DNA of 41,661 nt from NCBI GenBank assembly GCA_029856435.1, contig JAHQXB010000074.1, positions 1 to 41,661 on the forward strand. The letters are read 5' to 3'. This stretch comes from Candidatus Jordarchaeia archaeon. Its GTDB lineage: Archaea; Asgardarchaeota; Jordiarchaeia; Jordiarchaeales; Jordiarchaeaceae. Under the pieces are notes generated by a model that did not search any database, was not told the DNA's origin, and worked only from the letters and a program-made list of their open reading frames with translations. This document shows positions 1 through 8,604 of the stretch, in pieces; position 1 is the stretch's first letter, and the number at the start of each line of letters is the position of its first letter. The translations under genes and the position numbers were made by a program.

Positions 1-421
1 TGCTTTCAGTGAGGGATGGTCCCAGCTGTGGCTCTGTCCTCTTTTGGGCTTTTTCGAACTTCTCACATTCCGGGCCTAGCTGGAATCGGCTGCACGACAC
101 GTGTGTATGGTTGTTTTTGAGGAATTATGGATTTAATGTTTTTTCTTTAACGTTAACAGTTGGAAGTTAACAAACTTTCTAAATAGAAGCAGTTTTAACA
201 CCCTACTCAAATCTAAAAATTCAAGTCCCCAGAACAATATCTGAAAGTCTACCCTTCAGAACATTATACACGACTAGATCATTGATTCCCACTTCATAGG
301 AACACCCTTCCTCCTGCCTGAAATCCCCCTTACTTTCAATACCTCCATCCAATCCGCAAGAGAAACGTAGTTCAGTGTAAGCACATTTTGCCCTCAGCTT
401 AAAAACACACCAGAATAAACA

Positions 422-436
422 GTGCAATTATTGCAC
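422..436. promoter_or_regulatory. Perfect 7-1-7 palindrome GTGCAAT-T-ATTGCAC, candidate operator upstream of the acyl-CoA dehydrogenase
   Basis: Read directly from the sequence. It lies ~130 bp upstream of the ATG at 565 and shares the core CAATWATTG with the palindrome at 36903-36921. Confidence 0.3.
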
Positions 437-564
437 ATTCTCTTTTTGGTCATTATCAGCTCCATAAAAGTTTAAAAAAATTTTAAAAAGGACTTGGAAT
501 CTCTGTAATGAAAAAAACTGAACTAACTTGCTGGAAAATCCCTAAAATATGAGGTGAATTGTTA

Positions 565-2088
565 ATGCAAACTTATCCTTGGTGGACCAAAGAGCAAATA
601 GAATTCGCTAAAGAAATAGAGCAATTCGCCACTGAGAACATACCCCGAGCTGAAGAATTATTCTGGACACGAACCTTCCCCATGGAGTTAGTAGAAAAAG
701 CAGTAAAAAGAGGATACTTTGGAGCAGGCATTCCCAAAGAATACGGTGGCCTAGGCCTAGGCTGCACCGGAGCCTGCATAGCCTGCGAACAGCTAAACCG
801 CATGTATGCCGTGGGCCACATTCTAGTAACCAGCTACATAGGTGGACTACACCAAATTCTACATAATGGCACCGAAGAACAGAAACAAGAATGGTTAACC
901 AAAATGGCCAAGGGCCAACTAGGAGCAGTATGTATAACCGAAGTTTTCGCAGGATCAGACGCCGCCTCAGTAATGACCACCGCCGAAAAAGATGGGGACG
1001 AATGGATAATTAACGGCAAGAAAAGATTCACAACAACCGCTGGACCTGCAGAAAGATACCTCGTATACGCAAAAACCAGCGACGACCCAGAAGTCCGAAG
1101 AAAAAACCAACACCTCACAACCTTCGTAGTAGAAAAAGGAACCCCCGGATTCCATTTAGAAAAGGTAAACCCCCTTGTCGCATTCGACAACCTTCCCAAC
1201 AGCTACTTAGACTTTGACAACGTTAGAGTACCAGACTTCAACAGAATCGGACCCGTTGGTGGCGGCTGGAATATAATGATGACCGGGCTTAATTTTGAGA
1301 GGCTGATTGGTGCCGCTGCGGCTGCTGGTGCCCTAGAAGACGTTATAAAACAGGTGATTTATTACACGAGTAGGCGCGTACAGTTTAGATCGCAAATCAG
1401 TGACTTTCAGCATAACCAGTTCAAGATTGCGGACATGATAACCAAACAGCAAGTAGCCCGCCTCGTTACATTCTATGCAGCCTACATCATGGATATGGGA
1501 CAAATGGCGGCCATAGAATCCGGTATAGCGAAAATGTTGAACACCGATTACGCCACCGAGATTGGTCTTGACGCCATACAATTGATGGGTGGCGATGGTT
1601 TGACGCGCTTCTATCCCGCGGAGAGGCTGCTTCGTGAGGGTAAGATTGGTCAAATTGTGGCTGGTACCAACGAGGTTCAGAAACTGGTCATCTACAGGAT
1701 GGGCGCATTGGGCTACTTGGATTGGCCTTTCAGGTTACGGTGGAACGAGAAACTGGAGACTCCCACGTTATCCCTTGGAAAGGGGCCTTGGTATGGGAAG
1801 GAGATAACTGAGGATGTTATGCTTAAGATTTTGGCAGAAGACTACAGGTGCAACCCTGGACTATACATGGCTATAGATGACTGCGAGAAGGAGACCGGTC
1901 TCCCGAAGGAGAAGATTTTGGATCTTTGGGCTAAGCTAGAGCAGAAGGGCTTAATAGTTACATTCAAGGATAGGCGTGGAAACGTGATAATGGCTAAAGC
2001 GAACTACATAGGTATAAGGAAAGCCTACCCCTTGGAGCACTACAAGTGGTTCCCCGACTGGTTTGACGTAGAAAAATTAGGCTTCTAA
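565..2088 (+). CDS. Acyl-CoA dehydrogenase with a ~125-aa C-terminal extension (winged-helix-like)
   Basis: ACAD motifs are present: CITEVFAGSD, INGKKRFTT, DAIQLMGGDG, IVAGTNEVQ. SD GAGGTGA (551-557) favours the ATG at 565 over the TTG at 559. Catalytic Glu sits in the helix-G position (GLNFERL), as in isovaleryl-CoA dehydrogenase. Confidence 0.92.
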   Translation: MQTYPWWTKEQIEFAKEIEQFATENIPRAEELFWTRTFPMELVEKAVKRGYFGAGIPKEYGGLGLGCTGACIACEQLNRMYAVGHILVTSYIGGLHQILHNGTEEQKQEWLTKMAKGQLGAVCITEVFAGSDAASVMTTAEKDGDEWIINGKKRFTTTAGPAERYLVYAKTSDDPEVRRKNQHLTTFVVEKGTPGFHLEKVNPLVAFDNLPNSYLDFDNVRVPDFNRIGPVGGGWNIMMTGLNFERLIGAAAAAGALEDVIKQVIYYTSRRVQFRSQISDFQHNQFKIADMITKQQVARLVTFYAAYIMDMGQMAAIESGIAKMLNTDYATEIGLDAIQLMGGDGLTRFYPAERLLREGKIGQIVAGTNEVQKLVIYRMGALGYLDWPFRLRWNEKLETPTLSLGKGPWYGKEITEDVMLKILAEDYRCNPGLYMAIDDCEKETGLPKEKILDLWAKLEQKGLIVTFKDRRGNVIMAKANYIGIRKAYPLEHYKWFPDWFDVEKLGF

Positions 2089-2131
2089 GAGGGTAAAGGC
2101 TTCTATTTTATTTTTTTAATTCGGTTCATTT

Positions 2132-2261
2132 TGCTCTGTTACATTTACTTTCTCTAAAGTGTTTATGTATTCTTGAAAAATTTTCAAATTAACGTTGTAA
2201 AATTGCAAAAATTCATCTGAATAGATAAAAATTGAGGGGGATAAAGTTGTGTAACGTGGCA
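2132..2261 (-). mobile_element. Degenerate MITE-like element, copy A (inverted relative to copy B)
   Basis: The reverse complement is collinear with 6514-6650; core 2173-2216 matches 6561-6605 at 41 of 45 aligned positions. Ends TGCTCTGTTACA...TGTAACGTGGCA form a decayed inverted repeat. It lies between convergent genes. Confidence 0.65.
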
Positions 2262-2284
2262 TCTTTGGTATTTCCCTTTTTTGT

Positions 2285-3712
2285 TTAGAGCCATCCCTCC
2301 TGTGTGTACTTTACGAGTTTTGAGTTGGCTTTTTTCCAATCTTCACTTGCTGATTCAAAAATTCTTTTGGCTCGAATGTTGGCTTCCTCTATGATAGCTT
2401 GTTCATCGATGTTGACAAATTTACCTTTAGAAAGTATTACTTTGCCATTTATTATTACATTGTCTACTTCTGTCCCATTTGTGGAATAGACGAGGTTGGG
2501 AATAAAGTTTCTGAAGGGACGGGAAACAGTGGGCGTGAGGTGTAGGTGTCTGAGGTTTAGGGTTATTACGTCTGCTTGTTTTCCCACTTCTAGGCTGCCC
2601 ACCTTGCTAGCTATCCCAAGAATTTTTGCTCCTCCAATGGTGGCTAGTTGAAGAGCCTTCCATGCAGGGAGCACAGTTGGGTCCCTGTGGAGTGTTTTGG
2701 TTAGGAGGCTTGCAGTTCTCATTTCCCGGAAAAGATTGTGGCTTCCAGGGCCTGCGGCCTGGTCGGTTCCCAGTCCGGCGCTTCCCCCCAACTCCACATA
2801 GTGGCCTACTGGGGGAACTATTCCGTCAATCATTCCTATGGCGCTGGGGCAGGCAACCATTTTCACCCCCTCTTTAACCATTAATTCTCTTTCTTTCTCA
2901 TTTGTGTCGTGGCAGTGGGCGGCTAAAAGAAAGGGGCCCAATAACCCATTTTTGTGGAGCACTTTTACCGTAGAAGCATTCTTTCCGTATCTGCCAGTTA
3001 TTTGAAGTCTCTCTCTTTGTCCCTGGGCTACATGCATATGTATTCCTGCGTTTTGCTCAATGGCTTGTTCCTTAATGGTCTTAAGCAAATCAAGGGAAAC
3101 CATGTCAAGTGCTTGGGGTCCATACATACAAGTCACCAATTCCTCTGATCTGAATTTCTGGAAGAGCTCTTGGGCCCTTTTAAGTTCGTTTTCTCCCTTG
3201 GAGCGGTCAAATTCGTAGAGGTCTATTGGTTTCAGATGGGTTCTGCCGAAGCCCACCTCGTTTATCATTTCTGTGGCCACCACTCTCACCTGCCAGGGTA
3301 GATAAACTTTCTCTAAAATGTCTACTGCATTTATGGTGTACTCCGCAAAGGTGGTTGTTCCAGTTCTCAGTCCCTCTAATACTCCCAACTTTGATCCACA
3401 TATGAGGTCTTCCAGAGTCATATGCATGGCTAGTGGCAATATCCCCTTGTTCATCCACTCAATTTCCGGTAAATCTTGTGCACCGCCCCGAAGCAGGGTT
3501 AAAGGGGTGTGGATGTGCCCATTAATTAATCCAGGCATTGCTACGTGATCTGTACCCTCAATTATTCTATCCGCTTCTTTGTAATTGAAACCATCAGTAG
3601 AACCAACGTAGCTTATTTTTCCATCCTCAATCCCTAATGCGCCATCTTGAATTATTCCCAGATTGTCTCCCTGGAATGTGAGTAGCCAAGTATTTATTAT
3701 CGCAATATCCAT
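2285..3712 (-). CDS. Metal-dependent amidohydrolase, MTA/SAH-deaminase / chlorohydrolase-like
   Basis: Motifs MPGLINGHIHT (HxH), GTTT, HMHVAQ, AAHC, GTDQ, GSLEVGKQAD. SD GGAGTGA precedes the ATG. Confidence 0.88.
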   Translation of the reverse strand: MDIAIINTWLLTFQGDNLGIIQDGALGIEDGKISYVGSTDGFNYKEADRIIEGTDHVAMPGLINGHIHTPLTLLRGGAQDLPEIEWMNKGILPLAMHMTLEDLICGSKLGVLEGLRTGTTTFAEYTINAVDILEKVYLPWQVRVVATEMINEVGFGRTHLKPIDLYEFDRSKGENELKRAQELFQKFRSEELVTCMYGPQALDMVSLDLLKTIKEQAIEQNAGIHMHVAQGQRERLQITGRYGKNASTVKVLHKNGLLGPFLLAAHCHDTNEKERELMVKEGVKMVACPSAIGMIDGIVPPVGHYVELGGSAGLGTDQAAGPGSHNLFREMRTASLLTKTLHRDPTVLPAWKALQLATIGGAKILGIASKVGSLEVGKQADVITLNLRHLHLTPTVSRPFRNFIPNLVYSTNGTEVDNVIINGKVILSKGKFVNIDEQAIIEEANIRAKRIFESASEDWKKANSKLVKYTQEGWL

Positions 3713-3843
3713 GTCGTTTCACTCCAATATAATTGTAAATTTGAAGTATAGATCGAAAAACAATTCTTCTTAAAAATCTTCTTTGGTGGCAATAAAAATG
3801 TTTGAAGTGGTTGGTGCTTACTGGTTCATTATTTTTGGGCTTT

Positions 3844-4374
3844 TTAAATTTCCCCTTTAACTTTGCTTACTGAAAAAACATCTCTAGGTTTTAGTAATGA
3901 TATTCCGGCCTTTTTTCCTATGATTTCTATTTGTATAATTTTCTGGGGATTCTTCAAGTCCACCTTACCCCAACTGATATTTTTGGCCAGAAACTCTATG
4001 ATTTCCTGCGTGTGATGCTGGTCGTAGAATCTCTTATTTACTGTCATTCTCCAAGTCTCGTCTTCCCCGATTTCCCTCGCAAGTTTTTTAACATGTTCCT
4101 GAATCTCTTCAAGGTCAGATGAGCACCACACATCGATTGGAACATAATTATAGGTGAACCAAAATTGTTCCGGTTCCTCCCTACACAGCTGCGCAAGCTT
4201 CCTATTTATTTCTCTAGGATCTGAAGACGTAACAATTAGAAAAATTCCCCTAGCTGGTGACCTTAAAAGTTTCGGCTTATTCTCGCCCACCTTCTCTAAT
4301 ACCCACAAAACCTCCTGTTCAGACTCCTTTATGTTCCGCATATCATAAGTGACAAGTAGATTTGGATTCTCCAT
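3844..4374 (-). CDS. Stand-alone THUMP-domain RNA-binding protein
   Basis: C-terminal WRMTVNKR...IIEFLA...KVDLKNPQKIIQIEIIG is typical THUMP. No catalytic domain is fused. Confidence 0.85.
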   Translation of the reverse strand: MENPNLLVTYDMRNIKESEQEVLWVLEKVGENKPKLLRSPARGIFLIVTSSDPREINRKLAQLCREEPEQFWFTYNYVPIDVWCSSDLEEIQEHVKKLAREIGEDETWRMTVNKRFYDQHHTQEIIEFLAKNISWGKVDLKNPQKIIQIEIIGKKAGISLLKPRDVFSVSKVKGEI

Positions 4375-4538
4375 TCATAATCCTCCCTATTGCACGTTTC
4401 AAGAATCCTAAACCTTTTAACCATTAAAAATTATACATCCTAAACCTTTAAATCAAACCCTTAATTACCTATCGAGAAATAAAAATCCTTAAAAAACGAT
4501 TCTGTGTCAGTAAAGGGGCATCAGGAATTAATATGCAG

Positions 4539-4555
4539 TAAAGGTTTATTTATAT
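4539..4555 (+). promoter_or_regulatory. Candidate BRE/TATA box for the corrinoid-methyltransferase pair 1
   Basis: TAAAGG-TTTATTTATAT lies ~35 nt upstream of the GTG at 4591. Confidence 0.45.
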
Positions 4556-4590
4556 CCTTGCATTAGGGAAATTAAAAATAAAATTTTTGT

Positions 4591-5259
4591 GTGAATGGTT
4601 CAGAAGGGATTGTTGTGGTTAACATTTATCAAGAACTTCGGGAAGCGGTCACAAAAATTGACACAGACAAATTGAGCGAGCTCAAGGAGAAGGTTCTGAA
4701 AACTCCCAACATTGATGTTGATAAACTTGTTGAAAGTATCAGAAGCGGGTTAGAAGAAGTGGGAGTGAAATTCGAATCTGGCGAGTACTACTTGGCGGAG
4801 CTTATTCTAATAGGTACAGAAGTATCTGAGGCGGTGCAAAAATGGAAACCTCTATTTGAAAAAAGGGAAACAGGTAAAAAAATGAAAAAGGCAGTTATTG
4901 GCACTGTGGAAGGAGACATACACGATATCGGCAAAAACATTGTAGGTATGATGCTGGCATCCAGCGGCTTCGAAGTGGTTGATCTAGGTAATGATGTTAC
5001 CCCAGAAAACTTTGTCCAAGCAGTTAGGAAAAACAAGCCGGCAATAGTAGGTATGTCCGCGCTCCTAAGTACAACTCGGGACAACATTAAGAGAACCATA
5101 GACGCCCTGAAGGAAAACCGACTACGAGAAAACGTGAAGATAATAGTAGGAGGAGCAGCTGTAGACGAAGACTTCGCAAAAGCAGCGGGGGCAGATGGAT
5201 TTGCAACCAACGCCGCTGATGCGGTTCCACTGGTTAAAGACCTTTTAGGAGGCATATAA
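4591..5259 (+). CDS. Corrinoid (cobamide-binding) methyl-carrier protein 1, MtaC/MttC-like
   Basis: Four-helix cap followed by GDIHDIGKN (DxHxxG), SALL and VGGA. Exact start is uncertain. Confidence 0.92.
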   Translation: MNGSEGIVVVNIYQELREAVTKIDTDKLSELKEKVLKTPNIDVDKLVESIRSGLEEVGVKFESGEYYLAELILIGTEVSEAVQKWKPLFEKRETGKKMKKAVIGTVEGDIHDIGKNIVGMMLASSGFEVVDLGNDVTPENFVQAVRKNKPAIVGMSALLSTTRDNIKRTIDALKENRLRENVKIIVGGAAVDEDFAKAAGADGFATNAADAVPLVKDLLGGI

Positions 5260-5260
5260 T

Positions 5261-6433
5261 TTGGCAAACCTTTCACCCCGAGAAAGAGTGGAGATGGTTG
5301 TAAACCACGAGGAGCCCGACCGGGTGCCGGTAGATTTTGGTGGAATGAACACCTCCATTTACGAGATGCCCGACTGGTGGCCTAAAAAAGCCCCCTACTT
5401 TGGATATAAAGCCCTGGTGGAGTACCTTGGCCTTAAGGATGTACCCAAACCCTACTTGAACTCTGGGAATTGTGTAATAAATGTGGATGAGAGAATACTT
5501 AATAGGTACGGGGTAGATTTTCAATACCTTTACATGTCCATACCTAAACCTAAAATGCACCCTGATGGAACCATTGAGACCATCTATGGTTTGAAGGTTA
5601 AACCAGTAGGCTACTACCTGGAGGTTTACGATCCACCTCTTTCGGGAAAAATCACCACCAAAGACATAGACAACTTTAAGTGGCCTGACCCCGAGGATCC
5701 CGTATTTTCAGGCAAGGCCAAGGAGCGTGTGCTTAGGATGAGAAAGAGTAGCGATAGGGTAATTGTTGCCCTAGCCTCATTCGCTGAACAGATATTTCAA
5801 AACTATGCTTGGATTCGCGGGTTTACCCAGATGATGCTTGATATGCAGAGAGAACCAGAACTCTTCCACTACCTAACTGACACCTTGCTTGCGGTTGAGG
5901 AGGGAATAATAGAAGCATTCTATTCTGAGGTGGGTGAACACATAGACTTTGCATACATTGCTGAGGATATGGGCACCCAGCAGGCACCTTTCATCTCCCC
6001 AAAACAATACCAAGAATTCTGGAAACCATATCACAAAAGAATGATAAAACACATCAAACAGTTTACCGACGCAAGAATAATGTGGCACTGCTGTGGAGCC
6101 GTTGCACCACTAATTCCACATCTAATCGATCTCGGCGTTGACATACTTCAGGTCATACAGCCTTTAGCTAAAGGAATGGATGCAGAATCTCTAAAAAGAT
6201 CTTTCGGACACAAGTTAACTTTTGATGGAGGCATAGATGTGCAAAGACTTCTACCAAAAGCCAGTCCTGAGGAGATTAAAGCAGAATGCAAAAGAGTAAT
6301 TGAAATTCTAGGCAAGGGCGGCGGATACGTATTTGCACCATCCCATAACATTCAGCCAGACACCCCACCCCAAAACGTGGTAGCTATGCTTGAAGCGGGA
6401 ATTGAATTCGGCAAATATCCCTTAGGAAAATAA
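5261..6433 (+). CDS. URO-D/MtaA-fold corrinoid methyltransferase 1
   Basis: N-terminal PRERV...EEPDRVP, EDMGTQ, HCCG, GGIDVQ and GGGYVFAPSHNIQ. TTG start is 1 nt after the corrinoid gene stop. Confidence 0.88.
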   Translation: MANLSPRERVEMVVNHEEPDRVPVDFGGMNTSIYEMPDWWPKKAPYFGYKALVEYLGLKDVPKPYLNSGNCVINVDERILNRYGVDFQYLYMSIPKPKMHPDGTIETIYGLKVKPVGYYLEVYDPPLSGKITTKDIDNFKWPDPEDPVFSGKAKERVLRMRKSSDRVIVALASFAEQIFQNYAWIRGFTQMMLDMQREPELFHYLTDTLLAVEEGIIEAFYSEVGEHIDFAYIAEDMGTQQAPFISPKQYQEFWKPYHKRMIKHIKQFTDARIMWHCCGAVAPLIPHLIDLGVDILQVIQPLAKGMDAESLKRSFGHKLTFDGGIDVQRLLPKASPEEIKAECKRVIEILGKGGGYVFAPSHNIQPDTPPQNVVAMLEAGIEFGKYPLGK

Positions 6434-6513
6434 CTCCTTTTTAACCCATTTTTCGCGATTTGTGAATCCCTTGGTGGGGTTGTGGAGCTTCTCATCACGA
6501 CACTTCCCCCTTT

Positions 6514-6650
6514 GGCTCTGTTGAAAAAGTTTTATTTTTTTCAATTTCCTTACAGTTTTAATGAATTTTTTGCAATTTTACATTGTTAATTTGAAAAATT
6601 TTCAAAAAACAACCAATTTTTTGAAAAAATTAAAATTATTCAACAGAGCC
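6514..6650 (+). mobile_element. 137-bp MITE-like element, copy B, with ~30-bp terminal inverted repeats and a CTTT target-site duplication
   Basis: Left end GGCTCTGTTGAAAAAGTTTTATTTTTTTCAA versus the reverse complement of the right end GGCTCTGTTGAATAATTTTAATTTTTTCAA gives 28/31 identity. CTTT flanks both sides (6510-6513, 6651-6654). No coding capacity. Confidence 0.8.
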
Positions 6651-6874
6651 CTTTTGGGAGAATGTGGATGCCGAATCGGTATAAACGCCCAAGCATCTCC
6701 AAACCATTTTGAGAAAAGCAAATCGCCAAAATAACTTCCCAGAATCTGCAAAATATCGGTTTTAACTTATCGTAAATGATAAAAGATTCAGGCAGAGATA
6801 AGTCTGCTTGTATATTGTTTGGAACAAATCGATAAAGATATCGAGAAAGGGTTTGAAAACAATAGGTGGTATTT

Positions 6875-7516
6875 ATGTCTTCTAAAGAAGAGTTATTGAA
6901 AAGGATGGTTGATGTTGTCGTAAATCTGAATGTTGAAGAGGCAAAAAAGATTGCGGAAGAGGCGTTAGAGTCAGGCATTTCCCCCCTTGAAGCAATAAAT
7001 GAGGGATTCTCCAAGGGACTTCGAAGGGTTGGGGAGCTCTTTGAAAATAAGGAGTATTTCCTCGCAGACATGATTATGGCCGCTGAGGCCTTTAAGGCGG
7101 GCATGGAGGTATTAACACCCCACATTAAAAAGGGTGGAAAGAAAAAGGGCGTAATAGTTATTGGGACGGTTAAGGATGATATACACGACCTCGGCAAGAA
7201 CATCGTAACAACCCTCCTCTCCTCTGAAGGCTACGAAGTTCACGACCTTGGGATAGATGTTCCCGCGGAGGAGTTCGTAAGAAAAGCCCAAGAAGTTAAA
7301 GCAGATATCGTTGGCCTAAGTGCATTGCTGACAACGACCATGGAACGCATACCTGAGGTAATCGAAGCCTTGAAGGAAGCAGGGCTGGACAAAGTTAAAG
7401 TTATTGTGGGAGGTAGACCCGTTACTCCCGAATTCGCCGAGGAGGTTGGTGCAGATGCCTACTGTGAAGATGCCATAAAAGCATTGAATGTTGTTAAAAA
7501 AATATTGGAGGGCTAG
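6875..7516 (+). CDS. Corrinoid methyl-carrier protein 2
   Basis: DDIHDLGKN, SALL, VGGR. SD AGGTGG at 6864-6869 favours the ATG at 6875. Confidence 0.93.
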   Translation: MSSKEELLKRMVDVVVNLNVEEAKKIAEEALESGISPLEAINEGFSKGLRRVGELFENKEYFLADMIMAAEAFKAGMEVLTPHIKKGGKKKGVIVIGTVKDDIHDLGKNIVTTLLSSEGYEVHDLGIDVPAEEFVRKAQEVKADIVGLSALLTTTMERIPEVIEALKEAGLDKVKVIVGGRPVTPEFAEEVGADAYCEDAIKALNVVKKILEG

Positions 7517-7520
7517 AAGA

Positions 7521-8561
7521 ATGTCGTCGGTTTTAGAACGAGTACTTGTAACCTTAAGCTTCAAGGAACCAGAATGGGTTCCCGTAATTCTCTTTCCCGA
7601 GTGGGATTTTCTAGCTGATCTTTACGGTGTGCCTTTAAAGAAGCTTCTTGAAGATCCAATGTTACAAATCGAGGCGGGTGAAAAAATGAGGCAACGCTTC
7701 CCCGAAGCTTTCATAGCGACATCAGTATGGGTTCCCTATGCTCACGCTTCAGGCTTCGGATGCCAGCTATCTGAACCCGAAGACGAAATTCCGGGTGTTA
7801 AAAAGGTTGCTGTAACTACCCCTGAAGATATCGACTCACTCGAAATTCCCGACCCCCAAAGCGACGGCCTAATGCCTAAGTACCTAGAGTATCTTAAGAT
7901 TCAGCAAAAAGTTAAGGGAAGTTCTGGAATTGGAGACTTTGGACCTGTGGAGCTCGCCTGCGAAATTATGGGTTATACCAATTTCCTTAAACTCATTTCT
8001 CAGAACCCCAAATATGCCCACAAACTCTTAGAAATCACCGTGAAGTCATGCACCAACTGGTTTAACACCCTCATTGATGTTATTGGTGGCTCCGCTCTAT
8101 TTGTGTTGGTGAGTGATCACACAACAGGTTTTCTGAGAGCCAAGCAGTGCCAAGAATTCTTCACACCATACCTGAAAAAGTTTCTGGACAATATTAGAAG
8201 TAAAGTAAGCATTATCCTCTACCACAATGAAAACTACGCGGCACATGTTCTAGATCAGATAGAGCAGATGAAAATCAATATATTCCACTGTGGCGAAATA
8301 GGAGACCTAGAAACAGCAAAGAAAAAAACATATGGAAAGTACACCCTAATGGGCAACATTCACCCTCGAGACGTAATGCTCAAAGGAACGCCAAAACTGG
8401 TTGAAGAAACCTGCAAAGAAGTAATCCAGAAACTGGGACCCGGCGGCGGATTCATACTCTCCACGGGGGGAGGTGTAAGCAGAAATATTCCCCTCCACCA
8501 TGTGGATCTCCTTATAGAATGCGCAAAAAAATACGGGAAATCCCCAATAAAGACAACATAA
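7521..8561 (+). CDS. URO-D/MtaA-fold methyltransferase 2 (non-canonical metal site)
   Basis: KEPEWVPV, LMGNIHPR...KGTP...V...CKEVI and GGGFILSTG. ATG at 7521 lies 4 nt after the corrinoid gene; the track start at 7488 overlaps it. Confidence 0.85.
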   Translation: MSSVLERVLVTLSFKEPEWVPVILFPEWDFLADLYGVPLKKLLEDPMLQIEAGEKMRQRFPEAFIATSVWVPYAHASGFGCQLSEPEDEIPGVKKVAVTTPEDIDSLEIPDPQSDGLMPKYLEYLKIQQKVKGSSGIGDFGPVELACEIMGYTNFLKLISQNPKYAHKLLEITVKSCTNWFNTLIDVIGGSALFVLVSDHTTGFLRAKQCQEFFTPYLKKFLDNIRSKVSIILYHNENYAAHVLDQIEQMKINIFHCGEIGDLETAKKKTYGKYTLMGNIHPRDVMLKGTPKLVEETCKEVIQKLGPGGGFILSTGGGVSRNIPLHHVDLLIECAKKYGKSPIKTT

Positions 8562-8604
8562 AAAAATAACTGAAAAACAGAAAAAAGGCAGCGTACTTTC
8601 TTGG

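Noticed and set aside
221-465. Minus-strand 68-aa ORF (221-427) and an alternative frame 465-274 (MELIMTKKRMCNNC...FLS-TGA-GQNV...) that could be read through a TGA as a selenoprotein
   Set aside because: Neither matches a family I recognise. The TGA is not in a redox motif and no SECIS-like hairpin was seen.
6640-7203. 187-aa minus-strand ORF
   Set aside because: Mostly the antisense shadow of corrinoid gene 2, ending inside the MITE TIR; no recognisable domain in the unique part.
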